Shown here piece after piece: positions 62,036 to 64,000 of a stretch of 64,000 nt of DNA. The notes beneath the pieces were generated by a model that was not told where the DNA came from, did no database searches, and saw only the letters and a program-made list of their open reading frames with translations. Where the stretch lies: contig OX597820.1 in the NCBI GenBank assembly GCA_951406725.2, positions 95,728,001 to 95,792,000 on the forward strand. Direction: 5' to 3'. How positions within the stretch are numbered: position 1 is the first letter of the stretch; each line of letters starts with the position of its first letter. Source of the DNA: Octopus vulgaris. Lineage: Eukaryota. The translations under genes were made by a program, and so were the position numbers.

Positions 62036-62357
62036 TCCATGAGAGTTTATTGGTCAGCCTATGGACTTATACCTATAACGACCAATATAGTACTTAGTCT
62101 AAAGGTGCGGTAGACATGATGGGACATTGAAATAAATGTCAGACAATATTTGTAATCTCAGTATTATAGAGTTTACCTTTTCCTTTTCGGAATCGATAAA
62201 AGAATTAACAGTCATAACTTCAACAAAAGTAACCAACCCAACAGGGAGCTTCCAGGTGATCTCTTGACCTATTAGATGTTACAGTAATATATTCTCTAAT
62301 TCCATTGTACCGTCTTCTAAAGGGAAGGGCTCATTGAATACACAATTAAAAAAAAAT

Positions 62358-62653
62358 TATTCCTTCTCGAGCCATGCGTGGCTCATAAGGGCCGGTTTCC
62401 CGGTTTCTTGGCATATAGGTTCCTCACCTGGACAGGACGCCGGTCCGTCGCAGGTGAGCTGCAAATTGCAGGAGGAAATAGTGAGAGAAAGTTGTGGCGA
62501 AAGAGTCAGCAGAAGTTCGGCATTACCTTCTGCCGGAGCCGCGTGGAGCTTAGGTGTTTCACTCATAAACACACACATCGCCCGGTCTGAGATTCAAACC
62601 CGCAATCCCTCGACCGCGTGTCCGCTGCTCTAACCACTAGGCCATGTGCCTCC
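62358..62653 (-). mobile_element. tRNA-derived OR-related SINE (tail type C)
   Basis: Diverged head and body homologous to the OR-like copies, with a different tail. Probable TSD cattgaata on both sides. Confidence 0.8.
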
Positions 62654-64000
62654 ACATTGAATAAACATTCATTTCAATCAGTTCATATAAGTTAGGGACA
62701 TATTGATTGACATGTGGAAAACCATTTTCACCAAAGTTTGGCATGGAAAAAATTGTCGCTTGAGGCAAAAAGTATAACACGCCCAATTCATTTTGGAGCG
62801 CTCCTTATCTATTAATATTTCGAGCTTTTACAGTATTAGATACAAAGCGTGAATAACTCCGAAATAATAATTTATACAGTACTAGTCGTTTTGTGTTTTG
62901 TTAGACTTGCGATGGAAATTGCTGACTCATATTAAATCCTTGGAAGGAATAGTAACACAGCTCTTTATAATATATTTCAATGTCCACAAAATGGTATGTT
63001 CATCATCGGAACGTCCTTGATTATAAGCTTGCTAAATCATGTTTGTACAGTAATGGTGGAAGTTAAACAAAATCGATAACAGTGTAAATAACGAAGCAAC
63101 ACATAATTGATTTCAGACATCCTCTATAAGTGTGCGGCTTTTTTGCTGGTGTTTACATTTCGTAGTGTTAGTAAATTCAGTGTTTCTTAAAACCCGCTAT
63201 AATAAGATTTACCTTACGTTTGAAACTGTCTTCAGATACGCACTGTAATGTGTTTATATTATTAATTAACATTTCCCGAAATTTACACAAATCAGACTGA
63301 CTAATTTCTTTCTGTTTGAATTTGTGCATACTATCAAGAGCTGTATGTTACTATCCCTTCCGATGACAGAATATGAGTCAGCGATCTCCCAATGAGAGTT
63401 TTACAAATTCCCAAACTAACGGATCGATTTATTGTTCTGCAAAAATTAACATGCAAGATATAATGTAGTGAAATATATATTATAACGGATTGATTTCTCA
63501 TCCAACTTAACGTGTCTTATTTTCTAAGGCAGCCGAAAGTGTAAATGCACAAACAATTATGTCCCCATATCATAGTAGTTCGGAAAACGAGACTGATAGA
63601 ATAAGTACTAGGCTTTAAAAAGAAATAAATCCCAGGCCGCAGTCATATGATTGAAACAGGTAAAATAAGAAAAAAAAGAACACACACACACACACACATA
63701 CATAGATACAATTTGGATTCAGACCTTGTAGTTTTCTTTATTGGTTACCAGGTGTAGTTTTACAACAAAAACCGATAGTATTACTGAAGATACATAGGAT
63801 AAGACCATGAATATCCGAAGCGTATATATATATATATTAAGTGTAAACAAGAGAGATTGGATTGAGCAAATACGCTTTTTTGCTTATACAAATTTTCTTC
63901 ACTCCCAGCAGACAGTTGACGAAATATTACAAAATATATTAAAAACATTAAACATTGTATTGATATTATTTCAGCAACACTGAGAAGCGAAGTCCACTTA

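Overview
This is AT-rich, microsatellite-dense eukaryotic DNA made almost entirely of transposable elements. The tRNA-Arg-headed OR-type SINEs and the repeat landscape point to a cephalopod, probably Octopus (inference). No host gene could be identified with confidence. The window holds three near-identical young CR1-clade LINEs (APE+RT) sitting in (TA)n, one with an intact 1011-aa ORF2. It also holds four Penelope-like elements (PLEs): one Neptune-type with an intact RT/GIY-YIG ORF, two Neptune-type fragments, and one Naiad-type with an inverted pseudo-LTR. The rest is Dong/R4 RLE-LINE remnants, an RTE remnant, mariner/maT and Chapaev3-like transposon relics, a non-autonomous Helitron and several SINE families. 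The most interesting unannotated signals are in RNA and regulatory architecture: (i) about eight minimal type-I hammerhead-ribozyme motifs, including a ~344-nt tandem retrozyme-like unit, two Neptune copies with the compensatory U3:A8 core, and a Naiad copy with a long stem-II extension; (ii) a PLE 3' pseudo-LTR with five identically spaced CCAAT+CRE modules, TATA, Inr, a perfect Kozak ATG and a splice donor whose phase matches an acceptor just ahead of the RT ORF; (iii) the same U_UUU_UUA(G) motif joining ORF1 to the -1-frame RT ORF in both the CR1 LINE and the Neptune PLE. All structures were read by eye, so boundaries are approximate.
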